A stretch of DNA of 64,000 nucleotides, from contig CBDHFN010000003.1 of assembly GCA_965262605.1 (NCBI GenBank), positions 1,105,416-1,169,415 of the forward strand, in the 5' to 3' direction. This stretch comes from Alphaproteobacteria bacterium. Its GTDB lineage: Bacteria > Pseudomonadota > Alphaproteobacteria > JASGCL01. Below the pieces are notes generated by a model, which saw only the letters and a list, made by a program, of their open reading frames with translations, was not told where the DNA came from and did not search any database. The position numbers and the translations under genes are program-made. This document shows, one piece after another, positions 29,504-39,301 of this stretch. Each line of letters begins with the position of its first letter. Positions within the stretch are counted from its first letter, which is position 1.

Positions 29504-29624
29504 TAAATTTTAGCATAAATTTTGCATGAATAATTATGCACATAAAATTTTCAAAATACCAAAATTTTATTTGCAATATGTCAAGAATCAGCAGAAGCTT
29601 TAATTATAATTTTAGGAAAAAATC

Positions 29625-30584
29625 ATGTCATTATTAGATGCAAAACCGATATATAAACCTTTTCATTACCCATGGGCATATGAAGCATGGTTGATGCAAC
29701 AAAAATTACATTGGCTTCCCGAAGAAGTTTCTTTGGGTGAGGATATTAAAGATTGGAATAAAAAACTCACGAAGGGTGAGATTAACTTGTTAACGCAAAT
29801 TTTCAGATTTTTTACCCAAGCGGATGTAGAGGTGAATAATTGCTATATGCGCCATTATTCAAGAATTTTTAAGCCAACCGAAGTTTGCATGATGTTAGCG
29901 GCTTTTTCGTCCATGGAAACCGTGCATATCGCCGCTTATTCTTATTTATTAGACACAATCGGCATGCCCGAATCGGAATATTCGGCGTTTTTGTCTTATC
30001 AAGAAATGAAGGCAAAATATGAATATATGCAAAAATGGGGTGGCAAGACAAATCGTGATATTGCGCGCACGATGGCGGTTTTTGGTGCCTTTACCGAAGG
30101 GTTGCAATTATTCGCGTCTTTTGCGATTTTGATGAATTTTCCGCGCAAAAATAAAATGAAAGGCATGGGGCAGATTGTTACTTGGTCGGTGCGCGATGAA
30201 ACGCTGCATACAATTTCAATTATTCGCCTGCATAATACTTTTATTGAAGAAAATCCAGAAATTTGGGACGCGGAATATCGTGCCGAATTATTGACAATTT
30301 GCCATGAAATTATTGAACATGAAGACGCTTTCATTGATTTAGCCTTTGCTATGGGCGATGTTGATGGTTTAAGTGCCGATGAAGTTAAATTATATATTAG
30401 ATATATCGCCGACCGAAGATTGCGGCAATTAAATCTTGAGCCATATTATATGATTGAGAAAAATCCATTACCATGGATGGATTCCATGTTAAATGGCTTG
30501 GAACATACGAATTTTTTTGAAAATCGTGCGACCGAATATTCAAAAGCGGCAACTCTTGGCACTTGGGACGAAGCATTTGAATAA
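29625..30584 (+). CDS. nrdB: class Ia ribonucleotide reductase small (beta, R2) subunit
   Basis: Di-iron ligand motifs and the radical-Tyr region (SSMETVHIAAYSY). nrdA is not adjacent. Confidence 0.85.
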   Translation: MSLLDAKPIYKPFHYPWAYEAWLMQQKLHWLPEEVSLGEDIKDWNKKLTKGEINLLTQIFRFFTQADVEVNNCYMRHYSRIFKPTEVCMMLAAFSSMETVHIAAYSYLLDTIGMPESEYSAFLSYQEMKAKYEYMQKWGGKTNRDIARTMAVFGAFTEGLQLFASFAILMNFPRKNKMKGMGQIVTWSVRDETLHTISIIRLHNTFIEENPEIWDAEYRAELLTICHEIIEHEDAFIDLAFAMGDVDGLSADEVKLYIRYIADRRLRQLNLEPYYMIEKNPLPWMDSMLNGLEHTNFFENRATEYSKAATLGTWDEAFE

Positions 30585-30636
30585 TCTTTCATTATATTGG
30601 CTGTTGCCTTTTGCAAGCCTGCTTGGCTTAATTGCG

Positions 30637-31902
30637 ATGGGTCCGATTTTATTTTCTAAATTATGGGAAAAATATTATGGGTTTGCTTCGGCTTTTTGTG
30701 CCTTATTAGTCATTTTGCCGATGGCAATTTTTTATGGGTTTGATTTTACAGCGCATCAAATTCTGCATGTGATGTTATTGGAATTTATACCATTTATTAT
30801 TTTGCTAACCGCTTTATTTACGATTTGCGGGGGCATCGTGATTCGCGGGGATATTGCGCCTTCGCCATTAAATAACAGCTTAGTTTTGTTGGCGGGTGCA
30901 TTTTTGGCAAGCATTATGGGCACAACGGGCGCGGCGATGGTTTTGATTCGTCCGCTGATTCGCATTAATTTAGGGCGGAAATTTCAACAACATATTATAA
31001 TATTTTTTATTTTTATCGTGGCAAATATTGGGGGTGCTTTGACGCCATTGGGCGACCCACCGCTATTTTTAGGCTATCTTAAAGGCGTAAATTTCTTTTG
31101 GACAACCACCCATTTATTGCCGCAATTTTTATTGATGATTGGCTGTTTACTGGTTATTTTTTATGCGATTGATACATATTTTTTCAAAAAAGACAAAAAT
31201 TTTCATCATAATAAAGATAAATATGAAGATATTCATTATGCTGGTGGGGTGAATGTGTTTTTATTGATTTTACTATTGGTGGCGGTCGTGTTTTTCGGGT
31301 CAATCCCATCATTAGGAAATTGGCAAATATTTGGTATAAATTACGGAATTAATGAATTTGCCCGCAATATATTTTTATTGGGTTTGATTATTGCTTCTAA
31401 ATTACTTACGCATGAATCTTATCACCGCGAAAATGGTTTTAATTTTCACCCAATTATTGAAGTTGCCAAGCTGTTTTTCGGTATTTTTATTTGCTTATTG
31501 CCGATAATTGCGATTTTATCAGAACGCGAAAATGGCGCGTTGCGCGGGCTTTTTCAAATAATTTTAGATGAAAATGGTCAAGCAATCCCCAGCGCGTATT
31601 ATTGGCTGACGGGTTTATTATCAAGCTTTTTGGATAATGCCCCGACTTATTTAGTGTTTTTTAACGCCGCTGGTGGAAACCCAGAATATCTTATGGGCGA
31701 GGGGGCAAATATTTTAGCCGCAATATCCGCGGGCGCGGTATTTATGGGCGCGAATAGCTATATCGGCAATGCACCAAATTTAATGGTAAAATCCATTGCC
31801 GAACATCGCCATATTAAGATGCCAAGCTTTTTTGGTTATTGCTTATGGGCTTTATGTATTTTAGGGCCATTATTATGGCTTAATGCTTGGGTGTTTTATT
31901 GA
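30637..31902 (+). CDS. ArsB/NhaD-superfamily ion transporter permease
   Basis: About 420-aa polytopic protein with an internal repeat. The ORF-track start at 30493 overlaps nrdB, so the in-frame ATG at 30637 is preferred. Confidence 0.5.
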   Translation: MGPILFSKLWEKYYGFASAFCALLVILPMAIFYGFDFTAHQILHVMLLEFIPFIILLTALFTICGGIVIRGDIAPSPLNNSLVLLAGAFLASIMGTTGAAMVLIRPLIRINLGRKFQQHIIIFFIFIVANIGGALTPLGDPPLFLGYLKGVNFFWTTTHLLPQFLLMIGCLLVIFYAIDTYFFKKDKNFHHNKDKYEDIHYAGGVNVFLLILLLVAVVFFGSIPSLGNWQIFGINYGINEFARNIFLLGLIIASKLLTHESYHRENGFNFHPIIEVAKLFFGIFICLLPIIAILSERENGALRGLFQIILDENGQAIPSAYYWLTGLLSSFLDNAPTYLVFFNAAGGNPEYLMGEGANILAAISAGAVFMGANSYIGNAPNLMVKSIAEHRHIKMPSFFGYCLWALCILGPLLWLNAWVFY

Positions 31903-32876
31903 TGAAAGCTTCAATTTTATTAGCAAATTATTTGGCAAATCCATTACGCGAAGTTAACCAATTAATTGAGCAAGAATTATATTGCGAAGTGCCGCTTGTA
32001 TCGCAGGTTGCAAGCCACTTAGTCAATGCGGGTGGCAAGCGAATTCGTCCGCTTTTATGCTTGGCAAGCGCAGAATTATGCGGGCTTGATTCGCCCAAAA
32101 CAAAATATCTTGCAACAGCGGTGGAATTTATTCATTCGGCAACTTTACTGCATGATGATGTCGTGGATTTTTCATTGCAACGCCGTTCAAAACCAACCGC
32201 TAACGCAATTTATGGCAATAAAATGGCGATTTTAGTCGGCGATTATTTATTTTCTAAATCTTTTCAATTAATGGTGAAATCTGAAAATATTAATTGTTTA
32301 AATATGTTGTCGCACGCGTCAAGCAAGCTTGCACAAGGCGAAGTTTTGCAATTAATCAATGCGCAAAATCTTAATATTAAATGGCAAGATTATATTATGA
32401 TTCTAGAATCTAAAACGGCTGTTTTATTTGAAAGCGCGATGGCAGTTATTGGCATTTTAGCAAACAACCCTAAATCGCAAGCGATTTTAGCCGCATTCGG
32501 TAAAAATTTTGGTATTGCATTTCAAATGGCAGACGATATTTTAGATTATTTTGGTAATGCTAAAATAATGGGTAAAAATATCGGCGATGATTTTAACGAA
32601 GGCAAAATTTCATTGCCGTTGATTTTATTATATCAAAATGCCACAGATACTGAAAAATCGCAATTAAGCGCAATGATTCAAGCGAAAAAACGCAATAAAT
32701 CTGAATTTCATATGGTTATTGCCATGATGAAAAAATATAAAATTGCCGATAAATGTCAAGAAATGGTGGATATTTATGTCAATTACGCGTTGCAAGATTG
32801 GCAATATTTTGGCGATTCGCCGATAAGCGCGATATTAAGAAACCTTGCGCTTGAAGCGGGGCAACGGCAGATATGA
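31902..32876 (+). CDS. ispB: all-trans polyprenyl-diphosphate (octaprenyl-type) synthase
   Basis: Both DDxxD motifs are present (LHDDVVD and MADDILDY). The ATG at 31902 overlaps the transporter stop (ATGA). Confidence 0.8.
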   Translation: MKASILLANYLANPLREVNQLIEQELYCEVPLVSQVASHLVNAGGKRIRPLLCLASAELCGLDSPKTKYLATAVEFIHSATLLHDDVVDFSLQRRSKPTANAIYGNKMAILVGDYLFSKSFQLMVKSENINCLNMLSHASSKLAQGEVLQLINAQNLNIKWQDYIMILESKTAVLFESAMAVIGILANNPKSQAILAAFGKNFGIAFQMADDILDYFGNAKIMGKNIGDDFNEGKISLPLILLYQNATDTEKSQLSAMIQAKKRNKSEFHMVIAMMKKYKIADKCQEMVDIYVNYALQDWQYFGDSPISAILRNLALEAGQRQI

Positions 32877-33157
32877 TTCACGATAAAGCACCAGACGAAA
32901 TCAAAAAAACTGCTGACGAAATCTTAACGGAAGTTGCCGTTCATAATAAAAAACCTGAAAAATCTGAATCTTTGGGTAGTTCATATAGTTTGGGAATAAA
33001 AATCGCAATTGAGTTTTTTAGCATGGTTATGGTTGCTGGGGTAATGGGATATTTTATTGATGGATTTTTGCAAACGCGCCCAATATTTATGATAATTATG
33101 GGATTTTTTGGCGTGGCGGCTGGAATTTATAAAATTTATGCCAATAATAAAATTTAA
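32873..33157 (+). CDS. small two-TM membrane protein, possibly AtpI/AtpZ-like
   Basis: 94 aa, translationally coupled to ispB. A glycine-rich TM pair (GVMGYFIDGFLQTRPIFMIIMGFFGVAAG) is reminiscent of the ATP synthase protein I family. Confidence 0.35.
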   Translation: MIHDKAPDEIKKTADEILTEVAVHNKKPEKSESLGSSYSLGIKIAIEFFSMVMVAGVMGYFIDGFLQTRPIFMIIMGFFGVAAGIYKIYANNKI

Positions 33158-33203
33158 AAAGTTAAGTGTTGATTTTTGATTTAATACATGCTATTATTTT
33201 GTG

Positions 33204-33260
33204 TATACTCAAAATACCCGAGTGATTTAAAATAAATCACTCGGTCAAATTTTGAGTATA
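33204..33260. repeat. 57-nt composite inverted repeat (12-bp outer arms plus 11-bp inner arms)
   Basis: TATACTCAAAAT(33204-33215)...ATTTTGAGTATA(33249-33260) enclosing CCGAGTGATTT(33218-33228)/AAATCACTCGG(33234-33244). Confidence 0.6.
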
Positions 33261-33372
33261 AGGGTGATTTTGAGCTGTTGCGTTAGCGCAGAGAAAAAAA
33301 TCCCACTTAAACTTAAAATATTTAATCCCGTTAGTGATGATAATTTTTAACACTATTGGGGAGTCAGGGTAT

Positions 33373-34005
33373 ATGAGAAAAATATTAACAATAATACCAG
33401 CTTTTATTTTGGCAATGGGGATTTTATTCGCGCCAGTAATGGCGCAAAATACAGATAAATCAAAAAAAACAGAGACGAAAACTGAACAAAAAGCCACAAC
33501 AACCAAAAAAACTGAAAAAACTGAAAAAACTGAAAAAACTGAAAAAAAGCAAGAATCAAAACCAGCCGAAGATATTAAGGAAAAGAATCTTGGAGTTTTT
33601 GGTCCTTGGAGTGCCAAAGTTTATTACGAAAATCAGCAAAAAATCTGTCATATTTGGAATCGTAGCGTGAACAAAAACGGCTTAACAGGCTTTAGCTTCA
33701 TTACCCATCGTCCCAATTGGAAACGCCGTAATGAAGTAAGTTTTTCATTTGGGCAAGCTTTAAATCCAGACCAAGCCGTGGTATTAACGCTTAATAAAGA
33801 TAATAAATTTGAATTTTTTGCCCATGGCGAATCAGCATTTTTCAAAGAAAATGATTATACAAAATTAATAACTGATATGAAAAAAGCCAAAAAAATGAGT
33901 ATTGAAGCAATGTCAGCCAAAGGGAAGGAAAAATTAATATTTGAATTTTCCTTGAATGATATTGGCAAGGCTTTAGATGCAATTGATAAAGAATGCCCGA
34001 AATAA
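33373..34005 (+). CDS. secreted invasion-associated-locus-B (IalB)-like protein with an N-terminal KTE-rich repeat
   Basis: Signal peptide, (TEK)n low-complexity segment, then a domain ending ...ALDAIDKECPK, which resembles the IalB family C-terminus. Confidence 0.45.
   Translation: MRKILTIIPAFILAMGILFAPVMAQNTDKSKKTETKTEQKATTTKKTEKTEKTEKTEKKQESKPAEDIKEKNLGVFGPWSAKVYYENQQKICHIWNRSVNKNGLTGFSFITHRPNWKRRNEVSFSFGQALNPDQAVVLTLNKDNKFEFFAHGESAFFKENDYTKLITDMKKAKKMSIEAMSAKGKEKLIFEFSLNDIGKALDAIDKECPK
33511..33546 (+). repeat. perfect 9-bp tandem repeat (ACTGAAAAA)x4, in-frame (TEKTEKTEKTEK)
   Basis: Read directly from the sequence; degenerate copies lie upstream. Confidence 0.9.
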
Positions 34006-34517
34006 TGACTAATTTTTTTGTTCACGAATCAGCCTTTATTGATGAAAATGTAAAAATCGGCAAGGGCACTAAAATTTGGCATTTTTGCCATGTTTTGCCC
34101 GATGCAATTATTGGTGAAAATTGCAATATTGGGCAAAATGTTATGATTGATAAAGGCGTCATCATTGGTAATAAATGTAAAATTCAAAATAATGTCAGCG
34201 TATATGCGGGGGTGGAGTGCGAGGAGGGGGTTTTTTTAGGACCTTCATGTGTTTTTACAAATGTTATAAATCCCCGCGCCATGATTGAAAAAAAATCGGA
34301 ATTTAAGAAAACTTTAATCGGCAAGGGGGCAACCATCGGTGCGAATGCGACAATTATTTGCGGTATCACGATTGGCAAATTTGCGTTGATTGGTGCGGGG
34401 GCGGTTGTTAATCGCGATGTTCCCGATTTTGGTTTGGTAGTTGGCAATCCAGCGCGCTTAATTGGCAAAGTTGATGAACACGGCAATACTATTGAAAAAT
34501 ACCCTGCAAAAAAATAA
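34005..34517 (+). CDS. hexapeptide-repeat (LbH) sugar N-acetyltransferase (WbpD/PglD-like size class)
   Basis: 170-aa left-handed beta-helix repeats (IGKGTKIWHFCHV...IGENCNIGQNV...); TAATG overlap with the upstream gene. Confidence 0.7.
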   Translation: MTNFFVHESAFIDENVKIGKGTKIWHFCHVLPDAIIGENCNIGQNVMIDKGVIIGNKCKIQNNVSVYAGVECEEGVFLGPSCVFTNVINPRAMIEKKSEFKKTLIGKGATIGANATIICGITIGKFALIGAGAVVNRDVPDFGLVVGNPARLIGKVDEHGNTIEKYPAKK

Positions 34518-34578
34518 TTTAATGCTTGATTTTAATCGCGAATATCCTTAATGCTTATTTAGCATTAAAAAAGGATAA

Positions 34579-35775
34579 ATGATGATTGCCGACCAAAATC
34601 CCCAACCAACTGCGGTTTTAATATTTGCTGATGGGACTTATTTTTTTGGGATTGGGCATGGCGCAAGCACAACAAAAAATGGCGAAGTCGTTTTTAATAC
34701 GGCAATGACGGGTTATCAAGAATGCTTAACAGACCCTTCATATGATGGACAAATTTTATGTTTTACCTTCCCGCATATCGGTATAGTCGGCTGTAATGAA
34801 ATTGATACCGAAACAATGGGACATTTGCCGATAAAGATTAGTGGCGCGATTTTTCGCGAACCAATTACCGAATCGTCCAATTGGCGTGCCAAAGAAAATT
34901 TGCACCAATGGCTAATGAAACATGATATTCCCGCAATTTCTGGGATAGATACGCGGGCTTTAACTGCTTATATTCGTGATAATGGTGCGCCGCTTGGCAT
35001 GATTCATGTTAATTATAATGGTGAATTTGATTTAGCTGCTTTAATTTTACAAGCGAAAAAAACGCGCGATTTAACGAATTTAGACCTTGCGATTGAAGTT
35101 TCAGTTGTGAAAAATTTTAATGATTGGCAAGAAGGCTTATGGCAATTAAAATCCAATGAATTTCAAACATTTGGTCCGTTATCGGCTAAATTTCATATTG
35201 TTGCCATTGATTATGGTTCAAAAAAACAAATTTACCGCATTTTAACGCAATTAGGGTGCCGAATTACGATTGTGCCAGCGAATTGTGATGCAAAAACTAT
35301 TATGAGTTTAAATCCAGACGGGATATTTTTGTCAAATGGACCGGGCGACCCTGCGGCGACTGGGGAATATGCTGTTCCCGTTATTAAGCAATTAATTGCC
35401 GCAAATTATCCAATATTTGGTATTTGTTTGGGGCATCAATTATTGGGGCTTGCTTTGGGGGCAAAAACACGCAAAATGGCGTTGGGGCATCATGGAGCCA
35501 ATCACCCAATTTGGGATTATCAATCACAAAAAGTAATTATTACTAGCCAGAATCATGGCTTTGTCGTTGACGAAGAAAGCTTGCCCGAAGATATAAATAT
35601 CACGCATAAGTCACTTTTTGATGATTCTATTGCGGGCATTCAAGCCAAAAACAAACCAATTTATTCCGTGCAATTTCACCCCGAGGCTTCACCCGGTCCC
35701 GAAGATAATTATTATTTATTTGCGAAATTTATGCAATATTTAGCGCATGATTTTAAGCAATATCCCCTTAATTAA
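34579..35775 (+). CDS. carA: carbamoyl-phosphate synthase small (glutaminase) subunit
   Basis: CarA N-domain plus class-I GATase with active site ICLGHQLL. carB is not adjacent. Confidence 0.9.
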   Translation: MMIADQNPQPTAVLIFADGTYFFGIGHGASTTKNGEVVFNTAMTGYQECLTDPSYDGQILCFTFPHIGIVGCNEIDTETMGHLPIKISGAIFREPITESSNWRAKENLHQWLMKHDIPAISGIDTRALTAYIRDNGAPLGMIHVNYNGEFDLAALILQAKKTRDLTNLDLAIEVSVVKNFNDWQEGLWQLKSNEFQTFGPLSAKFHIVAIDYGSKKQIYRILTQLGCRITIVPANCDAKTIMSLNPDGIFLSNGPGDPAATGEYAVPVIKQLIAANYPIFGICLGHQLLGLALGAKTRKMALGHHGANHPIWDYQSQKVIITSQNHGFVVDEESLPEDINITHKSLFDDSIAGIQAKNKPIYSVQFHPEASPGPEDNYYLFAKFMQYLAHDFKQYPLN

Positions 35776-35776
35776 T

Positions 35777-36802
35777 ATGCACAAAATATTATTTAAATTT
35801 GACCCTGAATTTGCGCATAAATTAGCTTTATGGGCGATAAGACTTAATTTTGTGCCAGAATATATTCAAGAAAATACAATTTTAAATCAAAATATCTGGC
35901 AATGCCATTTTAATCACCCCGTTGGCTTGGCGGGTGGGTTTGATAAAAATGGCTTTGCGGCGAATGGTTTGGTGCGCATGGGTTTTGGCTTTATGGAAGC
36001 GGGAACAATTACGCCAAAACCCCAAATTGGTAATCCCAAACCGCGAATTTTTCGCCTTGAATCATATCAAGCAATCATTAACCGCATGGGGTTTCCTAAT
36101 CTTGGAATGAACGCTTTGCATGATAATCTTTTGAAATATAAATATTTTCATAAAACACCTTTGTTTGTTAATATTGGTTGCAACAAAGATTCCGATAATC
36201 AAATTGATGATTATGCCCAATGTGCGGATAAATTGCATAAGTTAGCGGATATTTTAGTGGTTAATGTCAGTTCCCCCAATACGCCCGGTTTGCGTGATAA
36301 ACAAAAACCTGAATATATAAGCCAAATTCTTACAAAAATTCGTGATATTACCAATAAGCCGATTTTGGTAAAATTATCGCCAGATATGACATTTGCCCAA
36401 GCGGTTGAAACAACGGAATCTGTAATTCGCCATCAAGGTAATGGCTTGATTTTAACAAATACTACGCTGACGCGCCATGATATTGAACATACCCATGCCA
36501 ATGAATCGGGGGGCTTGTCTGGCAAGCCTTTGTTTGAAAAATCAACCCGTATGGTGGCATTAATGTATGCGGCTTCGTCTGGAAAAATTCCCATCATTGG
36601 GGTGGGTGGCATTATGACCCCCCAAGATGCCGTGCAAAAAATTTGTGCTGGCGCGTCTTTGGTGCAAATTTATTCGGGATTAATTTATTACGGACCCAAG
36701 CTTATTGGCGATATAAATCAAGCCTTAATCAAGGAATGTAGCGATAGAAAAATTGACCATATAAGCAAGTTAATTGGGCTTGATGCTGATAAATGGCGAT
36801 AA
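35777..36802 (+). CDS. pyrD: dihydroorotate dehydrogenase (quinone), class 2
   Basis: N-terminal membrane-association helix plus TIM-barrel motifs (GFMEAGTITP, NVSSPNTPGLR). The ATG lies 1 nt after the carA stop. Confidence 0.85.
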   Translation: MHKILFKFDPEFAHKLALWAIRLNFVPEYIQENTILNQNIWQCHFNHPVGLAGGFDKNGFAANGLVRMGFGFMEAGTITPKPQIGNPKPRIFRLESYQAIINRMGFPNLGMNALHDNLLKYKYFHKTPLFVNIGCNKDSDNQIDDYAQCADKLHKLADILVVNVSSPNTPGLRDKQKPEYISQILTKIRDITNKPILVKLSPDMTFAQAVETTESVIRHQGNGLILTNTTLTRHDIEHTHANESGGLSGKPLFEKSTRMVALMYAASSGKIPIIGVGGIMTPQDAVQKICAGASLVQIYSGLIYYGPKLIGDINQALIKECSDRKIDHISKLIGLDADKWR

Positions 36803-36887
36803 TTTATTTTATTTAAATTTTTATTCAAATGTTGCGTTTATTGCGAATATATGTATTATTGATTTAAATTAAGTTTTAGGGGAATTT

Positions 36888-38408
36888 ATGGCAAAGAAAA
36901 AAATTGATTTTTTATTTGTAAATCCAAATAGCTCGCATCAGTCATATCAAGTTCTTGCAAATAAATTTAATGCAATTGAACCGCCGACTTGGGCGGTTTT
37001 ACTGGCGACAAGCCTTAATTCTAAGGGTTTTAAGTCAGAAATTTTAGATTGCGATGCTTTAAGACTTTCTTTGAATCAATCTTTAGAAGAAATAATCGCT
37101 TATAATCCGCGTATGGTTGTTATGATGCTTTATGGGCAAAACCCCAATGCAGGCACAAGCTCAATGATTCAAGCAATACCATTAGCTGAATTAATAAAAT
37201 CGCAAAATGCCGATATTAAAATTGTGATGGGTGGTTCGCATTCACAGGCTTTGCCGCGTCAAGTTATTGCGTTTCCATGTGTTGATTTTGTCTTGATAAA
37301 CGAAGGGGTGCAATCGTTATTTGCCCTTGGATTAAGCAATTTAAAAGATAATTTAGAAAATATTCCCAGTATTTTTTATAAATCAGATGGTAAAATTTGC
37401 CATTCTAACCATGCGAGCATTGTGTCATCAAGCGATTTAGATAAAGAATTACCGGGCTATGATTGGTCGCTTTTACCCGATTTAAATACCTATCGCGCGC
37501 ATTATTGGCATAATTTCTTTTCTGATGAAGGGCGTTCGCCTTTTACCGCGATTTATACTTCGCTTGGTTGCCAGTTTGCTTGCAGTTTTTGTATGATAAA
37601 TATTATTAACCGAACAAGTTTTGATGATACCGCCCATGCTGGACATTCATCAGGAATGCGATATTTTTCCCCAGAATTAATGTTGGCTGAATTTGATAAA
37701 TTAGCAAAATTAGGTGTAAAAAACATTCGCTTGTCCGATGAAATGTTTTTTCTTAACCGCAAGCATTATATTCCAATTTTAGAAGCAATTATTCAAAGAA
37801 AATATGATTTTAATATGTGGGCATATGCAAGAGTTGATTCGGTGCGCGAAGACCAATTAGCTTTATTTAGAAAGGCTGGCGTGCGCTGGATTGCGCTTGG
37901 CATTGAAACGGCTAATCAAAATGTCAGGCATGAGATTGAACGCGGAAAATTTAAACAAGTCAATGTGCGTGATATTGTTAAGTTAATTGAATCATATGAT
38001 ATTCATATTGTCAGTAATTTTATTTTTGGCTTGCCGAATGATTCCCTTCAAACAATGCGTGAAACCCTTGATTTAGCCAAGGAATTAAATACCGCGCATG
38101 CAAATTTTTATCCTGCTATGCCATTACCGGGTTCCCCGCTTTATATGCAGGCGTTGCAATCAGGCTGGCAACCATATGAAGATTTAGCAAAATATTCATT
38201 TTTATCCTATGAATCTTTACCTTTGGCAACTGAATTTTGCACGCCCCAAGAAATTTTAACATTTCGCGATAATGCTTGGCATGAATATTTTACTAACCCA
38301 ATTTTTTTAGATAAAATCGGAAAAAGCTTTGGTATGAAAAATAGAAGTAATATTGAAGAAATGACCAAATTAAAATTAAGAAGAAAAATTTTGGAAAATA
38401 ACGCATGA
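36888..38408 (+). CDS. B12-binding-domain radical SAM protein (class B rSAM)
   Basis: N-terminal cobalamin-binding Rossmann-like domain, then CQFACSFC (CxxxCxxC) about 220 aa in. Confidence 0.75.
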   Translation: MAKKKIDFLFVNPNSSHQSYQVLANKFNAIEPPTWAVLLATSLNSKGFKSEILDCDALRLSLNQSLEEIIAYNPRMVVMMLYGQNPNAGTSSMIQAIPLAELIKSQNADIKIVMGGSHSQALPRQVIAFPCVDFVLINEGVQSLFALGLSNLKDNLENIPSIFYKSDGKICHSNHASIVSSSDLDKELPGYDWSLLPDLNTYRAHYWHNFFSDEGRSPFTAIYTSLGCQFACSFCMINIINRTSFDDTAHAGHSSGMRYFSPELMLAEFDKLAKLGVKNIRLSDEMFFLNRKHYIPILEAIIQRKYDFNMWAYARVDSVREDQLALFRKAGVRWIALGIETANQNVRHEIERGKFKQVNVRDIVKLIESYDIHIVSNFIFGLPNDSLQTMRETLDLAKELNTAHANFYPAMPLPGSPLYMQALQSGWQPYEDLAKYSFLSYESLPLATEFCTPQEILTFRDNAWHEYFTNPIFLDKIGKSFGMKNRSNIEEMTKLKLRRKILENNA

Positions 38409-39301
38409 CAAATGATAATTATCATCTTGATAATATTAAAAAATTTGAAAGCAATCAAGCAAAATTAAATTTTTTAAAGGATGTTGCGCTTGGCGAATCG
38501 GGGGTTTTCAATAAATTTGGCAATCATTTTAATATTATAAAATTTGATGAATTTAAATGTAATTTAAAAGAAGTTTTTATCAATGAATTGATAGAGACAA
38601 ATTTGGTTAATGCCACAAATTTAGCCAAAATTAATTTTGATTTGGGCAAATTACACCAAATAATCGCCCAAAATGATCAAATTTTTGACCCTTCGGGCAG
38701 AAATAATTTTATGTCCCAAATTTTTCAATTGACAAAAATCAAAAATGCTTATGCTGATTTTGTTAAAACCACGATTGCGCCGTTAATTGGTGAATTTTTT
38801 TATTTTCAAGACCAGCCAACTATCCGCGTTAATTTTCCATTTCCGGCAAATTATAATAAACGGGCAAATTACCACATTGATTTAATGTTAGGGCATTTGC
38901 CAATTATTTATAATTTTTGGTGGTCGTTAAATAATGTTTATGGTTCAAATAGCCTCTCAGTTGCCGATTATGATTTTTCCATTAATTTATTGAAAAAATA
39001 TGATTGGAATTTTGCTAAATTAGTTTATGACATTGAATTTAATGACGATTTATATAATGAAATTCGCCACCATAGCATTGATTTAAAGCTTAATTTTGGT
39101 GATATTGCTGTATTTAGTCCATTATGTTTGCATGCAACCCAATATAATACAACTGATACGACAAGGGTAAGTTTTGATTGCCGATTTATTTTAAAATCAA
39201 AATATGAACAATTAAATTTAACATATAAAGGGCTTGGTAATAAACAAATGCCGATGCAGCCCGGATATTATTACAATTTAAATCCGATATATACGCCTTA
39301 G
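38405..39301 (+). CDS. PhyH-like Fe(II)/2-oxoglutarate dioxygenase family protein
   Basis: HxD (YHIDLM), a distal His (CLHATQ) and RxS (TRVSFD) in PhyH-like spacing; 4-nt overlap with the rSAM gene. Confidence 0.45.
   Translation: MTNDNYHLDNIKKFESNQAKLNFLKDVALGESGVFNKFGNHFNIIKFDEFKCNLKEVFINELIETNLVNATNLAKINFDLGKLHQIIAQNDQIFDPSGRNNFMSQIFQLTKIKNAYADFVKTTIAPLIGEFFYFQDQPTIRVNFPFPANYNKRANYHIDLMLGHLPIIYNFWWSLNNVYGSNSLSVADYDFSINLLKKYDWNFAKLVYDIEFNDDLYNEIRHHSIDLKLNFGDIAVFSPLCLHATQYNTTDTTRVSFDCRFILKSKYEQLNLTYKGLGNKQMPMQPGYYYNLNPIYTP

Noticed and set aside
33237-33617. 126-aa minus-strand ORF with SVFSVFSVF repeats
   Set aside because: Antisense artefact of the (ACTGAAAAA)n coding repeat in the IalB-like gene.
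34518-34578. Hairpin (ATCCTTAATGCT...AGCATTAAAAAAGGAT) between the acetyltransferase gene and carA as a pyrimidine attenuator
   Set aside because: The stem is followed by an A-run rather than a T-run on the coding strand and there is no leader peptide. It is kept only as a weak possible stem-loop.
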